57,888 bases of DNA, taken from Pelomyxa schiedti (Eukaryota; Protista; Evosea). The stretch lies in NCBI GenBank assembly GCA_020536535.1, contig JAHLWZ010000240.1:1-57888 (forward strand). The letters run 5' to 3'. Positions within the stretch are counted from its first letter, which is position 1; every line of letters begins with the position of its first letter. The position numbers were made by a program, and so were the translations under genes. The notes below the pieces were generated by a model. The model made no database searches, was not told where the DNA came from, and saw only the letters and a list, made by a program, of their open reading frames with translations. This document shows, piece by piece, positions 12,627 to 25,361 of this stretch.

Positions 12627-13735
12627 ATGGCACAGCCAGATCCCCGCGAAGAAAATGTGTTCATGGCCAAACTCGCCGAACAGGCTGAGAGATACGACGG
12701 TGTGTCCCTGTTTTGCGACGCACCGGTCGTGTTTTTTTTTTCTCAAACGCTGCACGACACTATTGGTTTTTTTTTCACGCGCTGCAACACGTTTCTTGTT
12801 TTCTACAACCGAGATCTACGCATTTACGCGTTCTTTCGTTTTTTTTTTCTTTGTTAGAAATGGTCAAGTTCATGAAAATTGTTGCCCAAACCGCTGCCGA
12901 ACTCAACCCTGAGGAGAGAAACTTGTTCTCTGCTGCCTACAAGAATGTCGTTGGTGCTCGCCGTGCTTCCTGGAGAATCATCTCCTCAGTGGAGCAGAAG
13001 GTGCCCTCTTTCTGTTTGAGGTGGCATGTTTTTAATCCAAGGGTTTTATGCAGGAGGAGAGCCGCGGCACAAGCGTCGACAACCTTAAGCGCATCCAAGA
13101 ATACAGACTCAAAGTCGAACAAGAGTTATCTGCAACCTGCGCAGAAATTCTTAGCATTCTTGATACCACACTCATTCCCAAGAGCACCACACCCGAGGGC
13201 AAAGTCTTCTATCTCAAGATGTACTACCCCTCGTCCTCACTCTATCTCGCTTACGCTTCCCAGGAAGGGAGACTACTACAGGTACCTCGCTGAGTACCGC
13301 GTTGCTGCCGAACGCAAGGAAGCTGCCGCAAATGCCATGGAAGCCTACAAGGCTGCCTCCGACATTGCAAAGGACCTTCAGCCAATCCACCCCACCCGCT
13401 TAGGTCTTGCACTCAACTTCAGTGTCTTCTACTACGAAATTATGGGGTGCGGAGCTCTCGCTCTCTCTACACCGTTTTAACTCCAAGTTCAGATCACCCG
13501 AAGATGCCTGCAACCTCGCCCGAAAAGCCTTCGATGATGCTATTGCCGAGCTTGAGAGGATCCCCGAGTCTGAGGGCTCACACAAAGATAGCACGCTCAT
13601 CATGCAACTTCTCCGCGACAATTTGTCCCTCTGGGCAGCAGACCTCCGTATGTCACCCTTACCTTGTGTGTACTTCCGCTTACCCGGCCAACAGACGAAG
13701 AGAGAATTGAGGAGGAGACTGGCGGCCAGTCATAA
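12627..13735 (+). CDS. 14-3-3 protein
   Basis: [79 protein letters not shown]; multiple GT-AG introns. Confidence 0.97.
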
Positions 13736-13962
13736 ACAACATCACACCCCTTTGCAACAAATAAGTATCATAATAGGAAAACAAAAAACCAAAAACCAAA
13801 CTTTTTACTTGTCGTCCGGGCTGTGTGTGCCCTTTTTTCCCTTCCCTCTGGGAGATTCCTTCCTTCCTGTTGAAAAGGTTTCAGGGAATATACAATCTTT
13901 CAGCAATCTTGCTGTTCGTTCATGTTTACCTGAAGCTTGTTTGGTTAGTTTGTACGCAAAAT

Positions 13963-14877
13963 ATGGGCAAGGGCAAAGGGAAAAACCACAAGAGGCGCCA
14001 GAAGCCTCGTCAGAAACAACAACAACAAGCCACAAAGAACAATGCATCCCCTCCTCCATCAAAATCATCACCGACGCCTCCACGTGCTCCTGCTCCCGCT
14101 CCTGCTCCATCACAATCATCATCAGCTACGCCGCCCACCCCAATCCCCATCGGTGTTGATGCGTTTGTGAGGGACAGAGTGATGCCAAAATTGCGGGGTT
14201 GCATGAAGGCACTTGTTCTCGCCAAGAACACGAGGTGTGGAGCAAGGGCCACGGCGGCACAGCAGCTTCCTGTTGAAGTTGCGTTCCCAGTTCCCTTCTT
14301 TTTGGCCACAGTTTCTTATCCAACCAATGGCACTGCCCACCCAACCCAAACAGGTATCAAGGAATATCTTCCAATATTTGCGGCGGGTTCCCTCTGAATC
14401 CGTTGGAACTCTTCTCTGCCGCCATAAATTCTACACTGACAATGGATATAACGCGGATTACGAGTTAGATTTCGAGGCTGATGGAACCTGTCGGGTCCGG
14501 TACTAGTCCATGATATCCTAACAACATAATAGTAGTCTAACCACTAACAGGGAGGAGTGGGTTGTTTTCACAAGTGGTTCTGGTGACAATGAGCCAGGTG
14601 GGGGATCCTGTCAGCCTGGAAAGTGGTCCCTAACAAATGTAAGCACCCACAACATTCAAAATTACCTAAAACCCACAAACAGGAATACAATGTGCGGATG
14701 ACATTTGCCGATCCCAAACTCAAGGTGGCTCCGGTATGGAACCTGTGTGTGGACCAGAATAACCCCGACCTTCTTGGTCTGTACTGGCACTATGACTACA
14801 TTAATAAGTTGGTGTGGCAGCACAAGAGCGTGTGGGATCCTGTCAATCAGACTTCGCCGTGGGGACCTCACTTCTAG
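13963..14877 (+). CDS. Hypothetical protein with F-box/BC-box-like motif and Trp-rich beta domain
   Basis: Spliced ...[24 protein letters not shown]|VSRNIFQYL...[14 protein letters not shown]|EEWVVF...GKWSL; exons join in frame. Confidence 0.6.
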
Positions 14878-17795
14878 AGAGAAGAAAGATGGCTGTGACT
14901 GTGGTTATGGTATGTAAAAAAAAACCTGTAAATTGGGAAGGTGGTTGTATCTTTTTTTATTTAGAGCTTGGACCTTCTTCCTAATTGGTTGCTTTTTTGA
15001 CTGGGAGGATGCAGTAGGAGCAGGAGGGGTCCTTTTTTGGGGCAAGTGGGCACGAGATTTAGGTTTGGTTATCTCCACTACCTCTTCCTCTTCCTCCTCT
15101 TTATGAGGGGTATCCTCAGAGTCACTGGGTTTTTCTTCTTGGTCTCCACCACTAGAATCTCCCTCTTCATCATCAGAACTAGACGTGGATTCTGACTCTG
15201 ATGATGGTGGCGATGCGATTTTGCGTCGCTTTGTTGTTGCCGCTGTTGTTGATGTGGCTGTAGTAGAGGAGGATTTCTTTGCCGGGGGTTTTGGTGTTGC
15301 TGTTTTGGCCGGTTTTGTTTTGTTGCTGCTTGATTGACTGTGTGGCTTGGTCCTTGGTGTATTTGTTTTGTCCACTTGTGTGTTGGTGTAACTTACCGTC
15401 TTGTCCTTTGAAGCGTCTTCCTGTGGAATCTGTGTGCAGTGTAAGAAAGAGGATGGGAAAGAAGGTAGTTACCTGACAACTGTTGAAGCGTTGGTCTGGA
15501 TTCATGTGGCAGAACCACTGGTCTGGGAACGTGGTGCCTTTGACAGGGTACCGGCGCCATTTAAGGCAGCGGTTACATTGGACCCAGTCGTCATCAACAT
15601 CCAGGTGGCTTGCTAGAGTTTCAGTCTCAGCTTCATTATCTTCCAGAAAGGTTTCAACCTGCATTGATTTGGTGAGTCTTGCAATTATAACCAGTTCTAA
15701 TGACTAGTTGTACCTCCTTACTAAGCCACTCTTCTACTAACCCCAGGGCTTGATCCTCATTGAACCCTTGCTTATTATTCAGAGGTTCACAAGCATCAAC
15801 AGAGAGTACACCAATAACACCATTCCCACGTGTAACATAAGAAGCCTTTGATTCCAGGGACCCAATTTTGTAGTCTAATTTAGAGTGAGTGGCACGTCAA
15901 GAAGAGCATTCTTACAAGAAGAGCATTCTTACAAGAAGAGCATAATCTGTTGTGCCAAAATAAATGAAATCCACTAAGTCCTATTTCTCGATCACGGGCA
16001 TTATACCTGATGCAGTTAGAGAAAAATGGAAAAGAAAGAACTGACCCAAGGGTTAGATTTCCAATGTTGGGGATGGAAGAGTTGACTCTTTTTGCATTCG
16101 ACAGAGATGTATGTACAGGTTTACTTTCCACTTTTTTCCCACAAATGAAAAACATTGATGATGGAGTCAAATACAACTTGGACAGATATTCCCTGAGTGA
16201 GTAGTCCAGAGGAACATTGACTTTCCCTATCTTGCACAATGGTGGGTATTAAGAAACTTATTTATTATTGGCGCACCCCTCTTCTGTTAGAAAAGTTTCT
16301 CCCGTTCACAGGCCTGATCTGAATGTCATTTTTATCCAAGTCCGGCATCAATTCCAGCTGGTTGGGAGCACCCGGACTGTTGTGGAGGTTGAATAGCATC
16401 ACACATGTGCCGGTTGCTTGCGTGTCGGCTTTCTAAAGACAACACTTTCAGTGCTCCTAACACAATGAACTTACCTTTGCCAGTGCACGTATTTTAGCAA
16501 AGACCAATCCAAGTCCAACCTGACTCTTGATGGGGGACACTGAGAATACCCTATTCAAGTGATCTGTAGCTTGGAAATCCTGTTGATAGGCGGGATCGAG
16601 GCACATTGTAGAGGGTCTAGCTTATTATTCAGCACAGTGTTGAACAACGTGGAGTTTACGTAAAAGTCACAACAGGTGCAGTAACGGTGTTGGCTGACTC
16701 ATTCATGGTAGTTGATAGTATCCCAACAGAAGCACTTTCAGCAGAAATTGAGAATACTAATGCATCTTTGCAAATCCTCATGGACCCTATGGCAAGTAAA
16801 TCCCGACAAGATAATAAAGGTAAGAAAGGACCTGTTTTGAATCCAATTCCAAAACGGCCAATGTGAACCTCTCCATTGGTCTTGGAATGACCGTATTGCA
16901 ATAATCCTTCAAACGTTAATTGTACTGCACGGTAGAAGAAAAGGGTACCATGCATTTCGGCGCGGGTCATGCCATGTCCATTGTCCGTGACCAAGATCAC
17001 AGGTTGGCCAAACTCCTCATTCCAGTCAATGTGAACCTGTGCGGCCTCGGCATCAACTGAATTGTCAATCTTTACAATTCTTGTGAGTTGCCCAATGAAA
17101 GAGATGTCATACCAACTCTGCGAGGGCTCCAAGAACCCACCTGTGAGTGGTGCGAGCATTGGACTCTAGAAAGGAGGGATGGGCGCACAAAGAACTAACA
17201 AAAAGCCATTAGACTGGGTGTAATATGAAAGTTGGCTCACTGTTCAGATGAAGGTTGCAGTCGAAACGTTACAGGATCATCTTTACAAAAAGAAAGCGCT
17301 GGAGGTACAATATATACCTTGCCCAAGCCAGGAAACGTGTGCACAACATACTGCCATTATCAGTGTTGAAGGGTCATTGTGACGAGCTTACTGTACCTTG
17401 GGTACCCCTCTTGGGGTTTGTCGGTTGCCTCGGTGAAATAGAAGATAGGACAAAAACGAAAAAAAGTGGTCTTTCTCATCACTGGTAGCTATAGACGCAG
17501 GTCTTGCCTTTAATGGGATTTGAATGAAAAATTAGGTTGGTGTCACTCAAGTGCAGTACACACAGTTAGGCTAATTTTAGTGTCAGTTGGTTCCTGAGCA
17601 ATAGCATCGGCTTCATAGAAATTAAGCTCAGAAGGTCTAATGATCCAGTACCGGGTCAATTACAACAGCTACGGGAGAGGGGATATAAAAAAATACACAG
17701 ACATAGTAATGGAGGTGGACTGGTCCCTCTGAATCTCGAGATTGGCCACAAACTCATTGTTCCACAGCAATCTGACCGGACCAACACTCACCATT

Positions 17796-17826
<31 letters not shown>

Positions 17827-18193
17827 ACGAGGGCGACGTCCTCTGCACTTGTTGTTGTTGTTGTTGTTGGTGCTCGCTGAGAATGCCAACGCCAACACTT
17901 GGCCTCGGTGGTGTTGCTGGTGTTGTCGATGCCGACGACGACGACGACGAGGACGACGACGAGGGGGATGGCAGCTTGGCGGGGGCACGATCAGGAGAAG
18001 GAGAAGGAGAAGGAGACGGCGGAGGGGGGGCGACGCCGCCCACAACGGCGGCAGCAGCAGCACCCACGTCGTGGACGACATGAGGCGGGGACCGGGGGAA
18101 GCACTCGCTGGCGCCGGTGGTTTGTGGTTTGGTGTAGTAGGGGTGGTTGCCTGCTGCTGGTGCGTGTGGTGTTGCTTGCTGCTGCTGCCTCAT
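14868..18193 (-). CDS. MORC: MORC-family GHKL ATPase with CW-type zinc finger
   Basis: HPSFLESNARTTHRWVLGALAEL|IDNSVDA; VTDNGHGM; IGRFGIGFKTGSMR; WHNRL...GVIGV...NNKQGF (S5 domain); CW WVQCNRCLKWRR...WFCHMNPD. The 3' end is 14905 if the last intron is not spliced. Confidence 0.92.
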
Positions 18194-18521
18194 TCTCACG
18201 TGGCGTTGTTGGTTGGTGTGTGTATTTGATTTGAGAGAGAAATGAAAATGTTTGGTTTGACAAAACCCCCTTTGGTGTCACTACACGTAGCACCAAACAA
18301 AAGTAAAGGGCTCCAGCCTGGGTGAATCTGTTGTCATTGAATCTGTCCTGAATCGACGTCTCACCTGGTGATACTTCAAACTGTGTCATTAGAATCACTT
18401 CTAGGGGAATTCCTGGAGCGCTCCAATCGGCTGATGAAGGAAGTAAGAAAAACAAAAAAACCCAAAGCAAAGTGATGGGTATGAGCGTTACTTTCGTTGC
18501 AGTTCGTGGTAATAACCGCTT

Positions 18522-19515
18522 ATGGGCTTATGGGATGTCACAGAGGGGGCCGGGGACCTGTCGTGGTACGGGGGACTCAGCTACTTGTTGAAAGAATATG
18601 CCAAGGCTGTAATCCGGGCTCAGCCTGAAAACATAAACGCCTTTTCACAAGCGTACGGCCATTCTCCTAACTGTTACTTTGTGTTGAATTGTAAAAAGGT
18701 ACTTTGAATCTAAGATTGCGGAGAGAAAGGAGGAGGAACACACTATATCAAAAGAAAAGCTGAGGCATATGATTGATGAGGTACTACCGCCTTAAAGAAA
18801 GAGTCAGCCTTAGTGTTTGAAGCTGACTTGCAAAAATAAAGATATACTTGCAAAAATAAATATATAATAATTACCGTAAGTTAGGGCCAGGCAAAGTTCT
18901 CCGAAGCGATTTTTTAGCCGTAAGTGACGAAGTTAAATGTCCTGCAGAACAAGTTGCAAAAATACTGGAGCAAATGAGGCCTAAAGGGCCCATTGATGTC
19001 TCCGAATTTATGGCCTTGGCATGTACTACCATTTCCATGGTTAGACATCTCCTTTCCCTCCTCTCTGCGTTTCTTCTATTCTATTCTATTGTATTCTTGA
19101 TTATTTTTCAAGTGCACAGGAATAATTCCCTGCCATCCTTACCTTATCACTCACTCCTTCTCAGAATCTGATGGAATCCATTCAGTTGATGATGGAAGTC
19201 GATTCCGGCAGCACCAGCGGCAAAGTATCAACCAGCCGGTTCATTGAATTGGTTACGTACATTCTGCTACGTGACCACACCCTAGAGGCATCATCATCAG
19301 CGGTATCAGTCTCAGTGTCCGCATCAGCGGCTTCAGTCTCGGCCTCAGCAGGAGCAGCAGCAAACATTGATGGATGCGGCGGGAACTGTGCCTCCGCTCT
19401 CCTGGATGAGTTACGTGACTACACCACAAAGAATTCCATCGACGAGCTCTCGTTTGATGACTTCAAGTCATTCCCAGTAGCATCCAAATTAGTCTCGGGC
19501 CAATCTGACTTGTAA
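18522..19515 (+). CDS. ROPN1L: Ropporin-1-like / radial spoke RSP11-type RIIa-domain protein
   Basis: LSYLLKEYAKAVIRAQPENINAFSQAYF (RIIa D/D domain) and IDVSEFMALAC...GKVSTSRFIELVTYI match the ropporin family. Confidence 0.7.
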
Positions 19516-19800
19516 AAAAAAAACCGGATTGTGACACCCCAACACAAACTCATGAGTACTGACAGTACTCCCCTGCGTGGGGTATAAAGGGGCGGGCACC
19601 AATTTTTCCGTTACTGAGGTTGGATCTCCCCAAAAGAAAAAAAAAAAGCCTTTGGGTGATTTGGGGCAAAATGCCAACGCGTTTCGTTAAAGAAAGATAA
19701 AAAATTCAAAAAAATAGGATCAAACGCACGTCCGTGGTGGTAGTGAGATCGTAACGTTTTACATACCGGAAAAGCGACTCCTTGTGTCCTACTGTTGAAG

Positions 19801-22800
19801 ATGACTTCAGTTTTGAGCAACAACAGCGGTTACGTTGGCGCGTCGCAAAAGCGCGCTTTGGTGTCGTCAACGTCGTCTGTGCCTCCGCCTTTGCCTCTTT
19901 CAACGACGCCTCCTGCGCAGGACTACTACGGCCGCCCTGCGAATATGGCCAACAACCAGAGCGCATCGCGTAGAAGCGCTCCGGTGGGCGGAGCCATTGG
20001 GAACAACGCGAACGCTAGCGGGTACACTCCTTACCCATTTGTTCCGCAGACGCCAGATAATCAGGAGATTTTGGCGCTCCAGCAGAGATTGCTGCACCAG
20101 CAACTGCAGTTACAACAACAGCAGTTCCCATCACAACAAATGCAAGAGCAACTTCTACTACAGCAAATGGCGTACGGCCAAGAATTTTTACTGCAACAGC
20201 AGCAACAACAGGCCCTCAAGCAGGACCTTTCGCCACAACCTCCAATTCCAACTCCCGTGTCTTCCCCAAACACAACCCCTGTTACAACGCCAAGTCCCCA
20301 TACTTACTCCCAAAACTTGGCCAACGGAAATAGCGTCAATTCCAACCTGTCAGTTTCCTGTTCTCCAGCAACAACACCCCCCACTTCGTCACCGACTCCA
20401 TCCCCCACTATGGCGGGTTGGGGTCCTCCCCCTCCTTTGATGCTACCTAAACTTGGTAGTGGATATAATCTTGAAAATGGCGATGGAGGATTGATGCCGA
20501 TTCAATATCCAAGGTACGTATTGTTTTCTGCACCCTCTCCCCTCCCCTCTTACGATACTTGTTAGTGAAGAAGAAACATGTTTATTTCCTATCCTGAATG
20601 AGTTCGATCCGTCTAACATAAATGACAGTCCCAAGTACATTAATCGTTAATCCTAAATACAACACAACCGTACTCATTGGTGTTATAGTGTACCCATATC
20701 TCCCGATCGGGACGACTTCTCCCCTCAAAGGCAACCTCAGCAACCCCAATTGATGCCACCAATTCTTCAGTCGCAGCAACAAATGGTGCAAATTCAGGCA
20801 CAGACTCAGCAAAATGTACCTCAATTTCAACCTCAACAGAGTCAGGGGCCACAACAATCCTACCAACAACCTTCTTTGAAACCCCTTTCTCAGGTTCCTC
20901 CTCACATGGTAACATCCTCCCCTATAAAATACAGCTTCTTAAGTGCAACACTAGGAATCCGGGATTCCCGGTAGTGCGCAGTCCGCATCTTTGCCGGCAG
21001 CCCGAGCTCCTCCCCCTGCTTTGTCCCCAGTTACAAGACTTCCCCCTCCAAGTCCAACGGTCATGGGAAATGCAGAGCCAAGTCGTGATTTGTCCTCTGT
21101 TCAAGTTGCTTTCCGGCAACAATCTAAGTATTTCCCAAGTACAACCATTCTCCTTTCTAAAATTGGTTCAGTAAACCCGTGGAATTAAGGCTGTTGGGAG
21201 GTATTTCTAATCAAATTGGGTTTTTTCCCTAATTCCTTCACAGTTCCCCAGAAATCTCGTGTTGAAACTCAAATTCGCTTGTGTGTTCAATTGGTTGCCT
21301 CTGGTGGTCAGGTTCATTCTTATTTATCTTCTTTCTCCCCCTTACACAGTTCCAGGTAGGAAGTGGGGGTCTTCGCTGGAAATATTTGTATCTGCCCCCA
21401 GACATGTGCAACAATGACCTACGCTCTGTTAATGCCCATGCACCTCCCAGTGTTTCTCCAGTTAAAGGACATGACCTCTCTGCCACATTGAATGTCCAGA
21501 CGAAAGTCTTGTGTGCAAGTGATAACAGAGGTATTTTTCCCTCTTACAGATTGCATCAACTAATATTTTGCCAGAAGTCCTGATGTGTATGGGTTGTGTC
21601 CAACGAGAAAGAAGATCACTGGAAAGAAAGAAGCAGTATGACACCCGTTCCTAATTCTATTGCGATACATCCAACCTATTCACAGTAATGTGGCACCTAC
21701 TCCAAGCCAGCCAAATTCAAGACCGTCCACCCCAAGTTGCAATAGTGCTGGGATTTCAACAGGGGGAATTGGTTGGTCTGAGATGATTGAGCAGGAGCAA
21801 AGAAAAATTGTTCAATTTCACAGTAATCCACTGATTGATTTCACCAGTGGGGAGGCGATTATATCACTGAGAATCACATGGTATCCTAACATACTTGGCC
21901 AATGTTGTTTCTTACCTCATACCTTTCTAGTTATTGCAGACATCATAACGAAAAAGTTGGATTTAGGATACAACTTACTCTGGTTGACCCAATCAGTGGG
22001 GAAGTTGTTGCCTCCAGTTCTGTTTCTTACAGTAATTGTGAGTTTCTCACATCCAAAAAGGTGTTTCATCACCTGTACTTATTACGGACGANNNNNNNNN
22101 NNNNNNNNNNNNNNNNNNNNNNNNNNNNNNNNNNNNNNNNNNNNNNNNNNNNNNNNNNNNNNNNNNNNNNNNNNNNNNNNNNNNNNNNNNNCAACTTACT
22201 CTGGTTGACCCAATCAGTGGGGAAGTTGTTGCCTCCAGTTCTGTTTCTTACAGTAATTGTGAGTTTCTCACATCCAAAAAGGTGTTTCATCACCTGTACT
22301 TATTACGGACGATCACAAAACTTCTGTGAAAAGGACTGCCAAGAGACCTCGCATTGACCCTGGTAATTGGATTTTTGTTTATGCCAATTGTTCAACTTAA
22401 AAAACACAAGATTATGAAGATAAACACACCACCCCAATTATACAGAAAGTGGTACCAAATATAGGCCCAATCGCAGGCGGGATAGAGGTGACACATCTCC
22501 ATCTCAAAGTAAGTATTAATCATTCAACAGGTGACACTACTTGGCAGTGGGTTCAGCTCGAGCAACACGGTGCATTTCGGACCTTATATTGCTCCTTCCC
22601 TAAAGTATCTTTTTTTTTCCCTTCTGAAGGCAATCTTACGCTTTTGCAGCTGTTGGAACGCAACTACTATTGTCTGCACACTTCCCCCTTCAGGAAGAGA
22701 GGGTATGGACTTAGGTTCCTTTTCTTCGTTAACTACAATGTAGGCCCTGTTCAGGTAACAATTAATGGGACTGATCAATCACCGGCTTGTGAGCCAGCAA

Positions 22801-25158
22801 TATTCACTTACAGAGATGGTTGGTTCTTTACCATAGTTGCCGTCATTTAGCTAACTTTAAATCCAGATTCTGATCACAGGTTACTCGAAATTGCTCTGCA
22901 ATTGGTTTTTTCCTTTGTGCACACCAACGATTTCTAACACTGCCGCAGATTGGTCTGAAGTTCAACGGGCACGTTGAAAGTGCCAAATCTGTGGCAATGC
23001 AAATCTTGTCGCTAGGCCAACCGCAGGGCACACCATCCAACACACCAACCTCTAATTCTTCCACTATTCAAGACAACATCAACCAAGTAAGTGCACTTCC
23101 TTTCCAAGAAATGGAAACAGTAGTACTGAATGCAATGAGGATTGTTGACAGGTATCTAACTTTTTTTTTCCCCGAGTACTCACCTGTGGTAGTATGGATG
23201 GCAAAACAGTTGATGTGACTGTCAAAGATAAATTCGGGAGGAACATGCTTCATTACGCAGCCATGAAAGGGTATCCCCATCACTTCACGTAAAAACCTAG
23301 AATTCAAAGTGCCCCAGGTATGTTGAGTTGGGGTCTTGGTGCCTCAAGAAAGGGGGAATAGCTGTTGTGAATACGAAAGACATCATGGGCAATGCCCCAC
23401 TCCACTATGCATGCTTCTATGCACGGACCCAGTTGTATGTGCCCAAATTCATCTTTTATGGATCTCAACGTTGCTTTTGTAGTACAAAACTCTTGCTTCA
23501 ACACAAAGCGGATTTGTCCCTCCAGAATTTAAGTAATTGCACGCCTTGTGACATGGCACAATTAGTTAGCAATGCCACAGTCCTCCCAGTGCCTCCACCG
23601 CTTCCACCGTTGCGACATCACCTTAAAAGAGCTTTCAGCTCCAAGACGGCACCCACAACACCACATAACTTGCCTCCAATATTTCCCCCACCAACACCAC
23701 TCACTTATACCAAGACCATGCCAAGTTCTACTTTACCTCTTCAACCTTTCACATCAGCCCAACCTGCCGCGATAAGGGCGGTCGCCCTACCCATCACCAA
23801 GGTGGGTGAATACAGAATTTCCATCGAATCTAAGCCAAAGAACGCGGAACTTCCAGTTGCCAACATAAAGCAATCGGGAGCCGTACCCGACAATCCCGAT
23901 TCCAGCATCGACCTCAAAATGAACATAACGCAAGAAAATGCAAACAAAGACACTACAATGCAGAAAGAGGAGAGCAGTGGCGTACAAGAGAAGAGCAACT
24001 CCCCTTCATTCTCCTTCTCGTTCAGCAAAAAGGATGATGAAAAAATGAAGGAAACAGATGCACCAAACCTCCCATCCAAAGACTTGTCTGCCCTTCCTAC
24101 TACAAAAGAGACTTCTAACCTCCAGCCCACCACTACTATTACCTCCTCAACAGAAACATTTTATACCACAGACACTCAGGTGACAGATGATACCACAGGC
24201 ACATCCACACTCAACTTTAACTTCACCCCACCATCACCTACGCAACGCTCCAACAAAGAAACAAAGAAACTGAAGCACAAAACCATATCCTTCAACAAAA
24301 GCTTCTACACCAAGAAACCATTCAATTTCCACAACCCATATGTAACACTTTGCACCTCACCTACCGCTGCTGACATCAGGCAAAAGCAAAAATCCAACAA
24401 TGAACAACAACGCCTCTCCAGCAACTTCAGCACCCACAACACACCCCCCAACTGCATTTCAGTCTCTCTTCCAGATGCCGACCCATTTTTGCATACAACA
24501 ACCCTGACTCTTCCTGCTGCGGAATCATGCATGGATACAGACACATACCATCACGACACGGAGAGCGGAGACAATCGCGGTAGCCCCGCCAATAGCGCTG
24601 CCACAATAGCATCTGAACACTCCATCAACCACGACTCAAGTCCTCTCACTGGAGACAACAGAAGGAGGAACCTTAGAAGTGCTTTCAGAGGGGGAGGCTG
24701 GTGGCACAGGCACGCACCAAAAGCCCTTTTGGTTGCCGGTATGTCTATTCCTCTTCGGTTTCTTGCTCACAGGTCTTCTTAGGACTTGGAATCGTTGGAG
24801 TTTGTGCTGTCCTAGGGCTTTTATTTGGTCCGGTTGGCTTTGATTGGAATGGTACTCACCACATTGGTACCAACATTCACTCTTCCCTCTGCATTCTAAC
24901 TGTACCACAGTCAACTCCTCCGCCAGCGTCGAGACCAGCTTCGGCGAGAACGTGGCCATATACTACACCCTGCTCTGTGCCCTATGCGTAACCTCCGTAG
25001 TTACCATGTCACTTGCCTTTGCATGGTTCACCTCGCGGCGTAAGCCCAGCGCCACAAGCGGCAAGCTGAGAGTGCTGGGCATGTCAGCGGTTATCTTTGG
25101 TGTGTTTGACCTGCTGTTCCTATCTCTCCTTCTCGCCGTGCTCTTTGCTGGACAGTGA
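19801..25158 (+). CDS. Spt23/Mga2-like membrane-bound transcription factor (Q-rich, DNA-binding domain, IPT/TIG, ankyrin, C-terminal TMs)
   Basis: CMGCVQRERR; IDFTSGEAIISLRIT|CYCRHHNEKVGF; IITDDHK; IPT KVVPNIGPIAGGIEVTLLGSGF...CWNATTIVCTLPP; SDHRLLEIALQ.IGLK; ankyrin GRNMLHYAAMKG and GNAPLHYAC. Confidence 0.88.
21971..22312. repeat. Exact 121-bp duplication flanking a gap (21971-22091 = 22192-22312); contig-overlap artefact
   Basis: Identical sequence on both sides of the N run; merging the copies restores the IITDDHK reading. Confidence 0.9.
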
Positions 25159-25361
25159 ACCAATGAAACACATCCTCCTCCTATACCGCACTGAGAGACG
25201 CGGGGGTGTATCATTGTTAAGTGAATTTTTCCCTTTCTATTTATTGTAAAAAGCAATAAAAGGTGTTGTCAGAAGAAAATTTATTGTTTCTTGGGTTTGT
25301 TTCAATTACAAAAAAAGTTGTTATTGGTTGCATTGTGTAATCCTCAATGTCATCTTGAAGT

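Noticed and set aside
19553-19670. Short hairpins and an Sm-like AATTTTT stretch suggesting an snRNA
   Set aside because: No U1, U2, U4, U5 or U6 conserved elements; the Sm match is imperfect
21971-22312. Tandem exon duplication in the Spt23-like gene
   Set aside because: Exact 121-bp overlap across an N gap; assembly artefact
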